From a virus (taxonomy: Duplodnaviria > Caudoviricetes): a stretch of DNA of 64,000 nucleotides. A program made the position numbers and the translations under genes. The first letter of the stretch is position 1; each line of letters opens with the position of its first letter. Where the stretch lies: IMG/VR virus record IMGVR_UViG_3300037418_002116; one strand, given 5' to 3'. A model generated the notes under the pieces. That model was not told where the DNA came from. It ran no database searches and saw only the letters and a program-made list of their open reading frames with translations. Positions 25,811 through 34,575 of this stretch are shown piece after piece.

Positions 25811-26742
25811 TATGCGTAGCAATCCGCCATTATTTCTGTCAGCATCGCAGCCGTGTTGATTTCACGGTTCGATACGAACGCATTCTGGTAATCATACTTT
25901 GAAAGAATGAGAATCAGATATGGGATTTTTTCCGGTTGGATGGAAGCTGGAATCTGATTGTACAAGTCTTGGATGAACAATGAGAAATCCAGATCGGCAT
26001 TTTCCGCTACCCATGTGCGCATATCCTGAAACTTCTGTGATTTCAGAATCTTGATCACGTCGGCGGCACTCGACTTTTGCGAGAGGATACCGGCATCAAT
26101 AGGTCCAGTCTTGGCATATTTTTGAAGCTGATTGATCGTCTTGCGAAGATCAGGGAAGTTTTTGTTGACAAGGCCAGCGACCGCCTTGATATCGTGCTGA
26201 ACGTTTTCCGCCACCAGAATGTCACGAATGCGACGAACAGCGCCTTTCAGAAGCTCGGGCTTTTCATCAGCCGGAAAGACGAAATCCACCGTAGCGCAAC
26301 GGCTCTTCAACGGATCGATGATCCGATTTGAAAAGTTGCAAGTCAGAATGAAACCACAATTCACGGAATATTCTTCCATGAAGTTTCGCAGCGCCGGTTG
26401 GAACGAATTCGGGTTCAAATAATCCGCTTCGTCAAGGATCACGACCTTGCGGGAGTCACCGAAAACCGAAATGGTGGAGGCGAACTGCAAAATGTCGTTT
26501 CGCAGTGTGTCGATGCCGTTCGACATAGAGCCGTTGATAACGGTATAGTCGATACCCATTTCTTGGCACATCGCCTTGGCAACCGTCGTCTTGCCTGTAC
26601 CGGATGGGCCGGTAAGCAGCAAATCCAACATTTCTCCCGAGGCAACGATTCCGGCAAATTCTTTTTTGATATGAGTAGGCAACACGCAATCTTCAATGCG
26701 TGTTGGACGGTACTTTTCCGTCCACTTTACTTGATTAAGCAA
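25810..26742 (-). CDS. 44: Clamp loader large subunit (gp44)
   Basis: WTEKYRP; GPSGTGKTT; ILDEAD; SRC. Confidence 0.95.
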   Translation of the reverse strand: MLNQVKWTEKYRPTRIEDCVLPTHIKKEFAGIVASGEMLDLLLTGPSGTGKTTVAKAMCQEMGIDYTVINGSMSNGIDTLRNDILQFASTISVFGDSRKVVILDEADYLNPNSFQPALRNFMEEYSVNCGFILTCNFSNRIIDPLKSRCATVDFVFPADEKPELLKGAVRRIRDILVAENVQHDIKAVAGLVNKNFPDLRKTINQLQKYAKTGPIDAGILSQKSSAADVIKILKSQKFQDMRTWVAENADLDFSLFIQDLYNQIPASIQPEKIPYLILILSKYDYQNAFVSNREINTAAMLTEIMADCYA

Positions 26743-27429
26743 TTATATTTCTCCGGAATTATTCGCTTCACATGGAATGATGTATGTCAAATCCATATTC
26801 TTGGACTTGAACGTCAATAGTTTGTTTTTGGAGATAGCCACATCGTATGAGTGCATCAAAATTTTTAAATTTTCGACCTTCACCACATACCGAAATTTTT
26901 GATCGGACTCGCCAATCTTATAGCTCATGCCATCCTGTAGCCCGGCCTTTGCCGCCGCACCTTCCTTCATGTTCACGGTCTTGACATAGATTGACTCGCC
27001 ATCAGCTTCGATGGAAAGCTCTTCATGCGAGTAAAGGCTTACCGCCTTCATGATCGTTTTGAGATTTTCAGCCGTGAATTCGAACGAATAGATCGTCTCT
27101 AGGACGTTTAGATTTTTATCCTTTGGTGGCCAGACAAAGAGGGAAGGATTGCAGTAGCGATACGTCGCTTTGTGCGAACCTTCCTCGATTGTCACTTTGG
27201 TATCGTCAAATGATAGATCAGGGTCTTTGAAAAGAGATAGAATGCCAAGGAACATGGGCAAATTATAAACGCCGCAGTCCTTTGGGAATTCCTCTTTCAC
27301 ATTCGCTTCCGCATACACCACGTTCAATGGCGTGATGATGCGTTGGCGATGACCGGCAAGAAACATGATGGATTGGTTGATAGTCGAAAAATTCTGTAGA
27401 ATTTCCACAGTTTCTTTAGATATTTTCAA
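26743..27429 (-). CDS. 45: Sliding clamp (gp45)
   Basis: MKISKETVEILQNFSTINQSI..GVYNLPMFL. Confidence 0.92.
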   Translation of the reverse strand: MKISKETVEILQNFSTINQSIMFLAGHRQRIITPLNVVYAEANVKEEFPKDCGVYNLPMFLGILSLFKDPDLSFDDTKVTIEEGSHKATYRYCNPSLFVWPPKDKNLNVLETIYSFEFTAENLKTIMKAVSLYSHEELSIEADGESIYVKTVNMKEGAAAKAGLQDGMSYKIGESDQKFRYVVKVENLKILMHSYDVAISKNKLLTFKSKNMDLTYIIPCEANNSGEI

Positions 27430-27432
27430 TAC

Positions 27433-27936
27433 TTACTTCTTTTCCAATGAAAAATGATATAGAATGACCAGATAATGGATGGCCTTTAAAATGTCTTTTG
27501 GATTATGACCTTCCTTTTTACCATATCTTGCGGTATATTTCAAGACATTTCCTTTGAGGAAATCATATGAATCCGAATTTGCCATGATGAAATCGAGCGC
27601 CTGAATGCCGTCTTTCTCGGAATAGTGTCCAGCATACGTCGAATCGATATATGCTTTTGCCTTTTCAAGGATTGCAGATTCATTGAACTTGTAACGAACC
27701 GCTGGAATACTCATTTGGGTAATGGAAATTGTTCCATCCATCGGAATGCCACCGAAAGTCGCATTAGGAGCGCCAGAGGTCGTTGGTGCATATGGATAAC
27801 TTGCGGTAGGTGGCAAATTCGGATAGATACCAGTTCCCAACGGAGCGCCAGCGGTTGTAGCATGGGTAGAGAACGACGACAGGGTGTTTGAATTGCCCGG
27901 AACAGTTTCTAGTTCGGTTATTTTACTTTCTGCCAT
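27433..27936 (-). CDS. DUF3310/SaV-like protein
   Basis: YIDSTYAGHY..GNVLKYTARYGKKEG..DILKAIHY. Confidence 0.7.
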   Translation of the reverse strand: MAESKITELETVPGNSNTLSSFSTHATTAGAPLGTGIYPNLPPTASYPYAPTTSGAPNATFGGIPMDGTISITQMSIPAVRYKFNESAILEKAKAYIDSTYAGHYSEKDGIQALDFIMANSDSYDFLKGNVLKYTARYGKKEGHNPKDILKAIHYLVILYHFSLEKK

Positions 27937-28781
27937 TACTTCAACCCCTTCACTTCGTTCTTGTCGGCGGTTGGGCTCATGCCCGTGGCCGCAACGGCAG
28001 GAAGGTTACCAACGAATTTGGTTGTTCCGATGTGATGAACTTGCATCCATGGGCAAAGCGTGACGTTGATACCCATGGCACGGGATTCCTGACAGAAGAA
28101 ATAATCTTCCGAAAGATGCCGTTCATTGATGATAGGGTCTTGGAAATAAGCCATGATCCTACGGTCACCGTCAAAGTTCTTCGAACGGACATGATCCGGC
28201 TTGTAGAGATATTGCGGACGCTGGTCATTCCACACTTCAAAGATGGAGCGATTAATCAGCATGAAGCCAGTTCCGATTTCCAACACGTCAATCGGTTCAT
28301 CGATCTTGTATTCGCCATCCTTGGCAGGATTGAACACAAAGTCGCCAGCATAGTTTTCTAGGACAAATGGGTTCTTTTCGGCATAGCCGAGTTCAACAGC
28401 CCGCTTGACCTTTTCCCAAGCAATAGATTTCTTTGGATAAGCAGCGCCTATGATACCCTTCGAAGGGTCGTTCTGGGTGATTTGGAGCATCCCAAAAACG
28501 TCCATAGGGCTGAATTCAATGTCCGAATCGATGAACAGCAAATCCGTAAAGCCAGATCGCATGAATTCATCAGCGCTATAATTTCTCGCTCTTGTAATGA
28601 GCGATTCATTGAATAGTGCGAAAAAGGTATTCTTGATACCATATTGGGTAAGCATACCCGTCAAATCGAGGACGGATTTCATATAGAAACCCGAATTGTT
28701 TCCGCCATACATTGGCGTGGCGATAAAGACGGAACGTTCTTTTGATAGTGTTTCTACATCTATATTAATTTTAGTATTCAT
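27936..28781 (-). CDS. GT-A fold glycosyltransferase-like protein
   Basis: FIATPMYGG; ESLITRARN; LFIDSDI (DxD); GTGFMLI; SEDYFFC. Confidence 0.75.
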   Translation of the reverse strand: MNTKINIDVETLSKERSVFIATPMYGGNNSGFYMKSVLDLTGMLTQYGIKNTFFALFNESLITRARNYSADEFMRSGFTDLLFIDSDIEFSPMDVFGMLQITQNDPSKGIIGAAYPKKSIAWEKVKRAVELGYAEKNPFVLENYAGDFVFNPAKDGEYKIDEPIDVLEIGTGFMLINRSIFEVWNDQRPQYLYKPDHVRSKNFDGDRRIMAYFQDPIINERHLSEDYFFCQESRAMGINVTLCPWMQVHHIGTTKFVGNLPAVAATGMSPTADKNEVKGLK

Positions 28782-28793
28782 TAATTCCCTTGG

Positions 28794-29684
28794 TTACCAT
28801 GCGTTCCATGAACCTAGTACATCTTTTCCATCCTCACTTTTTCCATCATCTATAGTTCCTTCGATTGCATCAAATCTTATTTTGAATGTATCTAAGAAAC
28901 CGTCTCGGGTGCCTGCATCAAAGCGGCTAAAGCAAATGCTTACTGCCTTATCGATATCTTTCCAGATACCGACTGCTTTGATAATCTGTACAAGTCGTCT
29001 TGTTGAAATCGTATGCTCTATCATCCCATTTTCATAGGATTTGCGGGCGTCACCGGCAAATTCGACAAGAGCTTTGATTAGATTGGCTGTATTCTCGATA
29101 TTATAATGTTTTGCAACATTTGTCAATATCTTTTTTTCGGTTTCTTTGTCCGGATACGAACATTCGAATGTGGAAGGGAAGCGCTCTAGGAAAGCTTCAT
29201 TCAGAACTTGTGTTCCGACGAATGAGCCCGAGGCATCACCGGTTCCTTTCGTATTGGCAGTCGCAAAAATCTGAAAACCGGGCTTGGGCACAACCCATTC
29301 GCCGGTCTTCTTCATAAGGTATCCCTCGCCTTCAAGGATGCTCTGTAGACACATAATCAGCATCGGGGATGCCAAGTCCACTTCGTCAAGCAGAAGCACT
29401 CCACCAGCCTCCATTGCCGCCAGAACCGGCCCTTTCTCGACAACGGTGTTACCGTCTTTCAAGCGCATACCGCCGATCATATCGTCTTCATTGGTTTCGA
29501 AGGTGATATTCAACCGGTAATATTCTCGCTTGGCGGTAGCACATATGTGCTTGATCATTTCCGTTTTGCCGCAACCGGACAGTCCTGTCAGCATACAGGG
29601 ATAGAAGTAGCCAGATTTCAGAAGTGTGGCCACATCGTCATAAACCCCAAATGGAATGAAAAGAGGATCGACTTTAGGTATCAA
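28794..29684 (-). CDS. MoxR/CobS-like AAA+ ATPase
   Basis: GLSGCGKT; LLLDEVD; ATANTKG; NEAFLERF; STRRL. Confidence 0.9.
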   Translation of the reverse strand: MIPKVDPLFIPFGVYDDVATLLKSGYFYPCMLTGLSGCGKTEMIKHICATAKREYYRLNITFETNEDDMIGGMRLKDGNTVVEKGPVLAAMEAGGVLLLDEVDLASPMLIMCLQSILEGEGYLMKKTGEWVVPKPGFQIFATANTKGTGDASGSFVGTQVLNEAFLERFPSTFECSYPDKETEKKILTNVAKHYNIENTANLIKALVEFAGDARKSYENGMIEHTISTRRLVQIIKAVGIWKDIDKAVSICFSRFDAGTRDGFLDTFKIRFDAIEGTIDDGKSEDGKDVLGSWNAW

Positions 29685-31360
29685 ATTGAACCACCAAAAA
29701 CAGACATTTTTTCTGTAATGTCATCAATAAAAATCTTAGGATTATTCTTCATTAAGTCTCTGCCAATGAAGAATGCACCAGTGCACGTATCGGTTTTCCT
29801 ATACTCATATTCGCCGCCATTTCCAATATGATAAACCCACACATTGGAACCGGTTCGATGGCGAAGAATTTTCATAAGCGGTCCTACAGAATTTCTATAA
29901 CCAAGATAATTTTCGCACATGTCAACCATGAAATTCGATTTTTTGTCGGTGTAATTGTCGGCATAAATCGTGTCTGTGCAACCTCCGTCCGTGATGAAGA
30001 TCGTATTCATGATATCGATCCGGTTCCTCTCCATAAAATCCAGAACCATTGTTTTGGCATAGTGGATTGTGGAGCTTAGTGGAGTTGATGATTCCGGCGT
30101 CCTGTTTTTCAGTCGCAATGCCCTCGAAAGAATTTTCGAAGCGGGATCAGCCGACGAAAGCAAAGGAACCAAACCAAAATCGCATTCAATAAGTTCACAT
30201 GTATGCGGTGAATCCTGAAATCCGTAAGCTTCGAATGGCATCGACAACTGCTTACAGAACATCGTCAAAAGGTACAGATGTTCCACAACATTCTCCCATA
30301 CTCCCTTCATGGAGCCGGACATATCCACATAGATGACAAATCCGTGATTTTTCTGTCGATCTACAATCGTGCGGCGAAGCATCACATCATCGTTGTATCG
30401 GTAAGTATGCAGCTTTAATGGGTCCAGCATACCAGTATCAGCCATCAAATTTCTGGCATACAGCCGGGCATTCTTTTTCCTCTGAAATACCGAAACCATC
30501 CGATTAATAAGTTGTTTGGCTGGCATGACCGTATCTTCCGGAAGCTCTTCTTCAAACGAATAAGCCTTGGTCAACACACGGTTAAAATCAGAATCCGGAA
30601 CCACGACATGGCCACGATTATACCACTGGTTTTGTGGAGTACTTTCGATAACCGCTATCTTGATACCAAGTTTTTCAAGAGCTTGAAGGGTCTTGACTTG
30701 GCATTTCTTTCCTTCGCCTTCACCACCAAAAACACCGACTTGTAGAACAATCTCAACATCAGATGTTTTTTCTTCTTCCGGTAACTTCTTAAAGAAATCA
30801 TCGGCAATCTGTTTGATTTCGTCAAACGTCTTGGCAGCGTTTGTTCTATCTATCCATATTTGTTCATCTGATGTGAACCGCAATTCATATGGATTGCCAA
30901 TTGGCATTGTCTTGAAATACAGATTGAGCCGGTCAATGAGCGACATAGCTTGCGCCGCTACCAGATCACCTTGCAATCGCCAAAGATCAAGCTCATAGAT
31001 CAATTCATGAATGCCTTCCGCATACCATTTTTTCATGGCGACATAGCGTTGTGGCATCAACCGATCAATTCTCGCATCCTCGAAAACGTTCAGGATATCT
31101 CGATAGACGGCACGACTGTTTTTTGGACGACTACGAATCGCATTAAGCCATTCTTCGGCAGGCGTGAAGATCGCATGAGAAATCTCATGACAAAGAAGAA
31201 ACCGCTGCAATTGACGGGAGCCATCCCATGCCGGAAGGTATAGGACTCTGGCTTCAAGATCAAAGCAGGCGGTTTCTAGGGAGGCGTCTATCGAAACCCT
31301 AATGTTTTCCTTGGCAAGTATATTAGAGAAAACATTAGCATACTCAATAGAAAATTTCAT
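29681..31360 (-). CDS. CobT-like vWA protein with N-terminal HExxH domain
   Basis: CHEISHAIFT; NVFEDARI; MIDAS VDMSGSM..STPL..FITDG. Confidence 0.8.
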   Translation of the reverse strand: MKFSIEYANVFSNILAKENIRVSIDASLETACFDLEARVLYLPAWDGSRQLQRFLLCHEISHAIFTPAEEWLNAIRSRPKNSRAVYRDILNVFEDARIDRLMPQRYVAMKKWYAEGIHELIYELDLWRLQGDLVAAQAMSLIDRLNLYFKTMPIGNPYELRFTSDEQIWIDRTNAAKTFDEIKQIADDFFKKLPEEEKTSDVEIVLQVGVFGGEGEGKKCQVKTLQALEKLGIKIAVIESTPQNQWYNRGHVVVPDSDFNRVLTKAYSFEEELPEDTVMPAKQLINRMVSVFQRKKNARLYARNLMADTGMLDPLKLHTYRYNDDVMLRRTIVDRQKNHGFVIYVDMSGSMKGVWENVVEHLYLLTMFCKQLSMPFEAYGFQDSPHTCELIECDFGLVPLLSSADPASKILSRALRLKNRTPESSTPLSSTIHYAKTMVLDFMERNRIDIMNTIFITDGGCTDTIYADNYTDKKSNFMVDMCENYLGYRNSVGPLMKILRHRTGSNVWVYHIGNGGEYEYRKTDTCTGAFFIGRDLMKNNPKIFIDDITEKMSVFGGSI

Positions 31361-31737
31361 ATGGCGTTTTTAAAGTCTTCCAAAAATGATTTCAATTTAA
31401 CAATGCGGGCGACACGTTCTTTGCGAGCAAGAAGCTCATTCTCTACTTTTAAAAGGGCTTCTTGACGTTCCATATCAAGTATGGCTGTCTGCATTACGAA
31501 ATCATGGAAATCTTGATCAAGTTTAATTCTATTTGAGTGGAAAGTCTTACCACCTGTCCCCAATCCGAGTTTGAAACAATGACTTCCTTCGGATACGGTA
31601 ACACTAATATCTTTTCCATAGTGTACCGTAGCATATCCACTATAGTAGTCAGTACTAGTCACATGATGACGAATACAAGTATTAACTAGCTCTTCATAGA
31701 TTTTCTGATGTTCAATATCAGCTTCTTCTCTGGTCAT
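31357..31737 (-). CDS. Hypothetical protein
   Basis: 126 aa; coupled overlaps. Confidence 0.55.
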   Translation of the reverse strand: MTREEADIEHQKIYEELVNTCIRHHVTSTDYYSGYATVHYGKDISVTVSEGSHCFKLGLGTGGKTFHSNRIKLDQDFHDFVMQTAILDMERQEALLKVENELLARKERVARIVKLKSFLEDFKNAI

Positions 31738-32273
31738 TTACGGAGTCCCATTAGTTTGTTTGTGGAATAGGTGATGCCAGTACGCTTAGCGCACTTCTTC
31801 ACCATCATGTCGATTTTCAGTTTGGAAAAACCAGCAAAGAATGGCTTGCCATCGATATGGCACATTTCGTGCTGGATAATGCGAGCGGTCAAACCGGAAA
31901 GTGTGGACTCTTTCTCGTCACCGTCAATGTTCTGATATTGTACCGTGATTGTCTTGTGTCGCTCCACCTTGGCGATAAGGCCGGGAAAGCTCAAACATCC
32001 TTCATCCATTCCTTCCTTTTCGGAAGAAACTGAAACGATCTTTGGATTGAACATCGGCATTATCGATCCGGAATCACGACCGTTGCCGAACACAAACACG
32101 GCCCACGGGAGCCCGACTTGATTGGCCGATAGACCATAGCCCTTCATTTCCGAAAGAAGCTGTTTCAGCGTTTCGAATGTCTCTTGGGCATTTTGTGTTT
32201 CGAAGTCAAAAGGGATGGTCGGGGTGTACAGGATAGGGTTGTCGGAAGCGACAAGTTCAAGCTTTTCAGTCAC
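31734..32273 (-). CDS. def: Peptide deformylase
   Basis: GYGLSANQVG; EGCLSFP; QHEMCH. Confidence 0.93.
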   Translation of the reverse strand: MTEKLELVASDNPILYTPTIPFDFETQNAQETFETLKQLLSEMKGYGLSANQVGLPWAVFVFGNGRDSGSIMPMFNPKIVSVSSEKEGMDEGCLSFPGLIAKVERHKTITVQYQNIDGDEKESTLSGLTARIIQHEMCHIDGKPFFAGFSKLKIDMMVKKCAKRTGITYSTNKLMGLRK

Positions 32274-32443
32274 TCTTTGTATCTTTCAATGGCCCGGATA
32301 GCAGCACGGGCTTCGTCTTTGAATTCTTTCCAAAGTTCACATTTTGTAGAATCTTCGGAATCGCAAATCAGGCACAATCGCTTGTTGATAGTTTTGCCAG
32401 CCGCAAGGCATATCTCACGGCTGACTGATTCCACTTTCGACAT
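32270..32443 (-). CDS. Hypothetical Cys-containing protein (57 aa)
   Basis: Manual ORF MSKVESVSREICLAAG... Confidence 0.5.
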   Translation of the reverse strand: MSKVESVSREICLAAGKTINKRLCLICDSEDSTKCELWKEFKDEARAAIRAIERYKE

Positions 32444-33206
32444 GACGATATTTTTCCTCGATCCGGAGCGGATTGCTGCGAACCATGCGTGTCCGGATGA
32501 CCGGTTTCGTAGGATGATGTTCGAAAGGAATAGTCGCCAATTCGTTAATTGTCAACATCCTTTCTTCCGTAATCCGTGAAATTTCGGTGCCAACTCGGAA
32601 ACAGGCAGCATGTTCTTCAAAGAAATCTATGCCAAATGCCTTTATCATCTCCAATTTCTCTCTTGTGTTCTTACCCATGAGTTTGGAGTGGCCAAAGAGG
32701 TAATGCGCCGCCGATTGTACAGAATTTTTGAAGGCGTCTTGTTGACGCCAAAGGATCATATTGTTAGCTTCATCCATCGTCGGAACGTTGATGATTCTAC
32801 AATCGAACGACGGTATCGTTTTGGGTTCCTCTCCAAAATAAGCACAATATGAAAGGGTAAATTTGGCAGCGCACATAGCGGCCAACACAGAAGCGAGTTT
32901 CTGAATTTTACCATCGAACATGAATTGGCTTGGGCCTTCACACGGTTCCCAAATCAATGAAATTTCGTCCGATTGCGTGTACCCGAGTAGAGCCTTGGTT
33001 TCGTAGGCCAGATATTCGGTCGTGTCCTGCATACAAGCAGACATGTCACGGTCGAACGGACGCTTCATTCGTCTGGTAAAGCTGGAAAACGAGCGGCCAT
33101 CCAAACGGGCATAGATCGGGAGAGAGGTATCCAGTTTCTGTTCAGTGAAGACCTTTTCGTAGGTCTTCATGCGGTCACCGAAGTTGTCGTGGTGTTTTGT
33201 ACTCAT
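32415..33206 (-). CDS. Thg1-like 3'-5' nucleotidyltransferase
   Basis: ARLDGRSFSSFT..PFD; YTQSDEISL; FDCR; WRQQDAFKNS. Confidence 0.92.
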   Translation of the reverse strand: MSTKHHDNFGDRMKTYEKVFTEQKLDTSLPIYARLDGRSFSSFTRRMKRPFDRDMSACMQDTTEYLAYETKALLGYTQSDEISLIWEPCEGPSQFMFDGKIQKLASVLAAMCAAKFTLSYCAYFGEEPKTIPSFDCRIINVPTMDEANNMILWRQQDAFKNSVQSAAHYLFGHSKLMGKNTREKLEMIKAFGIDFFEEHAACFRVGTEISRITEERMLTINELATIPFEHHPTKPVIRTRMVRSNPLRIEEKYRHVESGISQP

Positions 33207-33405
33207 TACTTACATATTTGTAGAAATTATCGATTTCAGTATTGGAATCGCTTGCTGTTAGAATTAGTTGAGAAACCATGCGGCCTTTGAAATATACATC
33301 TTTAGAAAGGTACACATGAATGAATTCAACGCCGTCGAAGTCAGTACCGATGGTTGTATTCGGAAATGAAGCGGCTTTGACTTTACATTCAACGAATGTC
33401 GGCAT
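33175..33405 (-). CDS. Hypothetical protein
   Basis: TGATG-coupled start MPTFVECK at 33405. Confidence 0.55.
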   Translation of the reverse strand: MPTFVECKVKAASFPNTTIGTDFDGVEFIHVYLSKDVYFKGRMVSQLILTASDSNTEIDNFYKYVSNEYKTPRQLR

Positions 33406-34388
33406 CACGTATATGTTCTTTCCCGTTTTGTTGGCCAAAGAGGATAGTTTACGTGTTTGTAATGGCGGTCATAATAATCATCGCCATAATAAGAATGAGC
33501 ATTCTTCCATTCTTTATGGAACATATCATTGATTTCCTCTTGAGTCAAGCTGAAACTATTCTGTTCATCTTTCGTTTTGTGGAAGAAGTATTTTCTATCA
33601 CCATAGGGAAGTTCTGGCAGAGGTTCCGGATTTGGAGTTATAACAGCTTTATCGCTAAGCTTTCGTGCAAATGAATACACACGATAATTTGGATCGTGTG
33701 TAAACTGTGTTACAAACACCAAATATGGTTTTGCGTTTTGCTCAATAGTATAATATGTTACTCTCGTATCTTTATATCCATAAGAGTAATAGTTTTTCTT
33801 TTGTTTGCCATCCGGGTCGCTGTGATCGATTTGTTCGCAGCTTGCCGAAGAAACATAAAATGTTCCGATGTAGCGACCGCTAACCGCTGGCGACTCAACC
33901 ATATCACCGACTTCCAGTTGCTTACGCTCTACCGGATTAAGGAACTTGACGTATCTTTCATCTGATATAGAGATCAGATGATTGATAGCGCCGATACGGC
34001 CCCAAAGATATTGGCCTTGGAATTCGCCCTTCAAAACATCTTGGGTCTGTAACAATTGTGAGAGATTGTGTGCGGTGATTTCAAGTTGGAAGCCACGGGG
34101 ATCATTGATCCTGAACCATTTGTTCGACGTTTCATATCGAGTGACAGAGTGATCGAACTTGAAGCCGGTAATAGGCGTGTTCTCTATCTGGATTGCCGGA
34201 AGGCGTTTGTCCAGTTCCGGGTTTTTTGCATAATAGTAATCTTGGTTCTTGCCGGACCAATGATCGACTGTCTCTTTGCGCTTCTGTGCGGCGGCATCGG
34301 TTCCGTCCGGAACTGCAAACCCGAGAATATCACCACCATCATTCCTACGACCGACATAGAGTGTTTTAGGAAAATTTGTAATTTCCAT
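33405..34388 (-). CDS. Conserved phage hypothetical protein
   Basis: 327 aa; INDPRGFQLEIT..NL..G..LWGR motif. Confidence 0.65.
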   Translation of the reverse strand: MEITNFPKTLYVGRRNDGGDILGFAVPDGTDAAAQKRKETVDHWSGKNQDYYYAKNPELDKRLPAIQIENTPITGFKFDHSVTRYETSNKWFRINDPRGFQLEITAHNLSQLLQTQDVLKGEFQGQYLWGRIGAINHLISISDERYVKFLNPVERKQLEVGDMVESPAVSGRYIGTFYVSSASCEQIDHSDPDGKQKKNYYSYGYKDTRVTYYTIEQNAKPYLVFVTQFTHDPNYRVYSFARKLSDKAVITPNPEPLPELPYGDRKYFFHKTKDEQNSFSLTQEEINDMFHKEWKNAHSYYGDDYYDRHYKHVNYPLWPTKRERTYT

Positions 34389-34405
34389 TATTGTCCTTAG
34401 ACATG

Positions 34406-34430
34406 AAAAAGCAGCCCATGGAAGGGCTGC
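34406..34430 (-). terminator. Intrinsic terminator after the permuted tRNA-like RNA
   Basis: GCAGCCC-TTCCAT-GGGCTGC-TTTTT. Confidence 0.8.
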
Positions 34431-34457
34431 ATAAAAAATAAAATAGAAGGAGGATTT

Positions 34458-34544
34458 AAGTGGGGCGTCCTTACCAGACTAGACGACACCGTTCATAGCG
34501 TTGTGAACAGCGGCAGGATTCGAACCATACGTTTCCCCAGACTT
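34458..34544 (-). ncRNA. Circularly permuted tRNA-like RNA (YrlA/Y RNA-like)
   Basis: Order: TGGGG, T arm (GG-TTCGAAT-CC), acceptor-like stem closed by a loop, D arm (GTCTAGTCTGGTAAGGAC), CCCCA; own promoter and terminator. Confidence 0.72.
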
Positions 34545-34546
34545 TA

Positions 34547-34575
34547 TATATACGACATTTTCAAAGAAATGTCAA
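34547..34575 (-). promoter_or_regulatory. Sigma70-type promoter for the tRNA-like RNA
   Basis: TTGACA-N17-TATATA. Confidence 0.72.

Noticed and set aside
28794-31360. Cobalamin biosynthesis (cobS/cobT)
   Set aside because: No cobN or other cob genes in the window; a generic MoxR-vWA chaperone pair explains it
34458-34544. Ordinary tRNA or tRNA pseudogene
   Set aside because: The T arm precedes the D arm, the acceptor end is looped and there is no CCA; a dedicated promoter and terminator argue against simple decay
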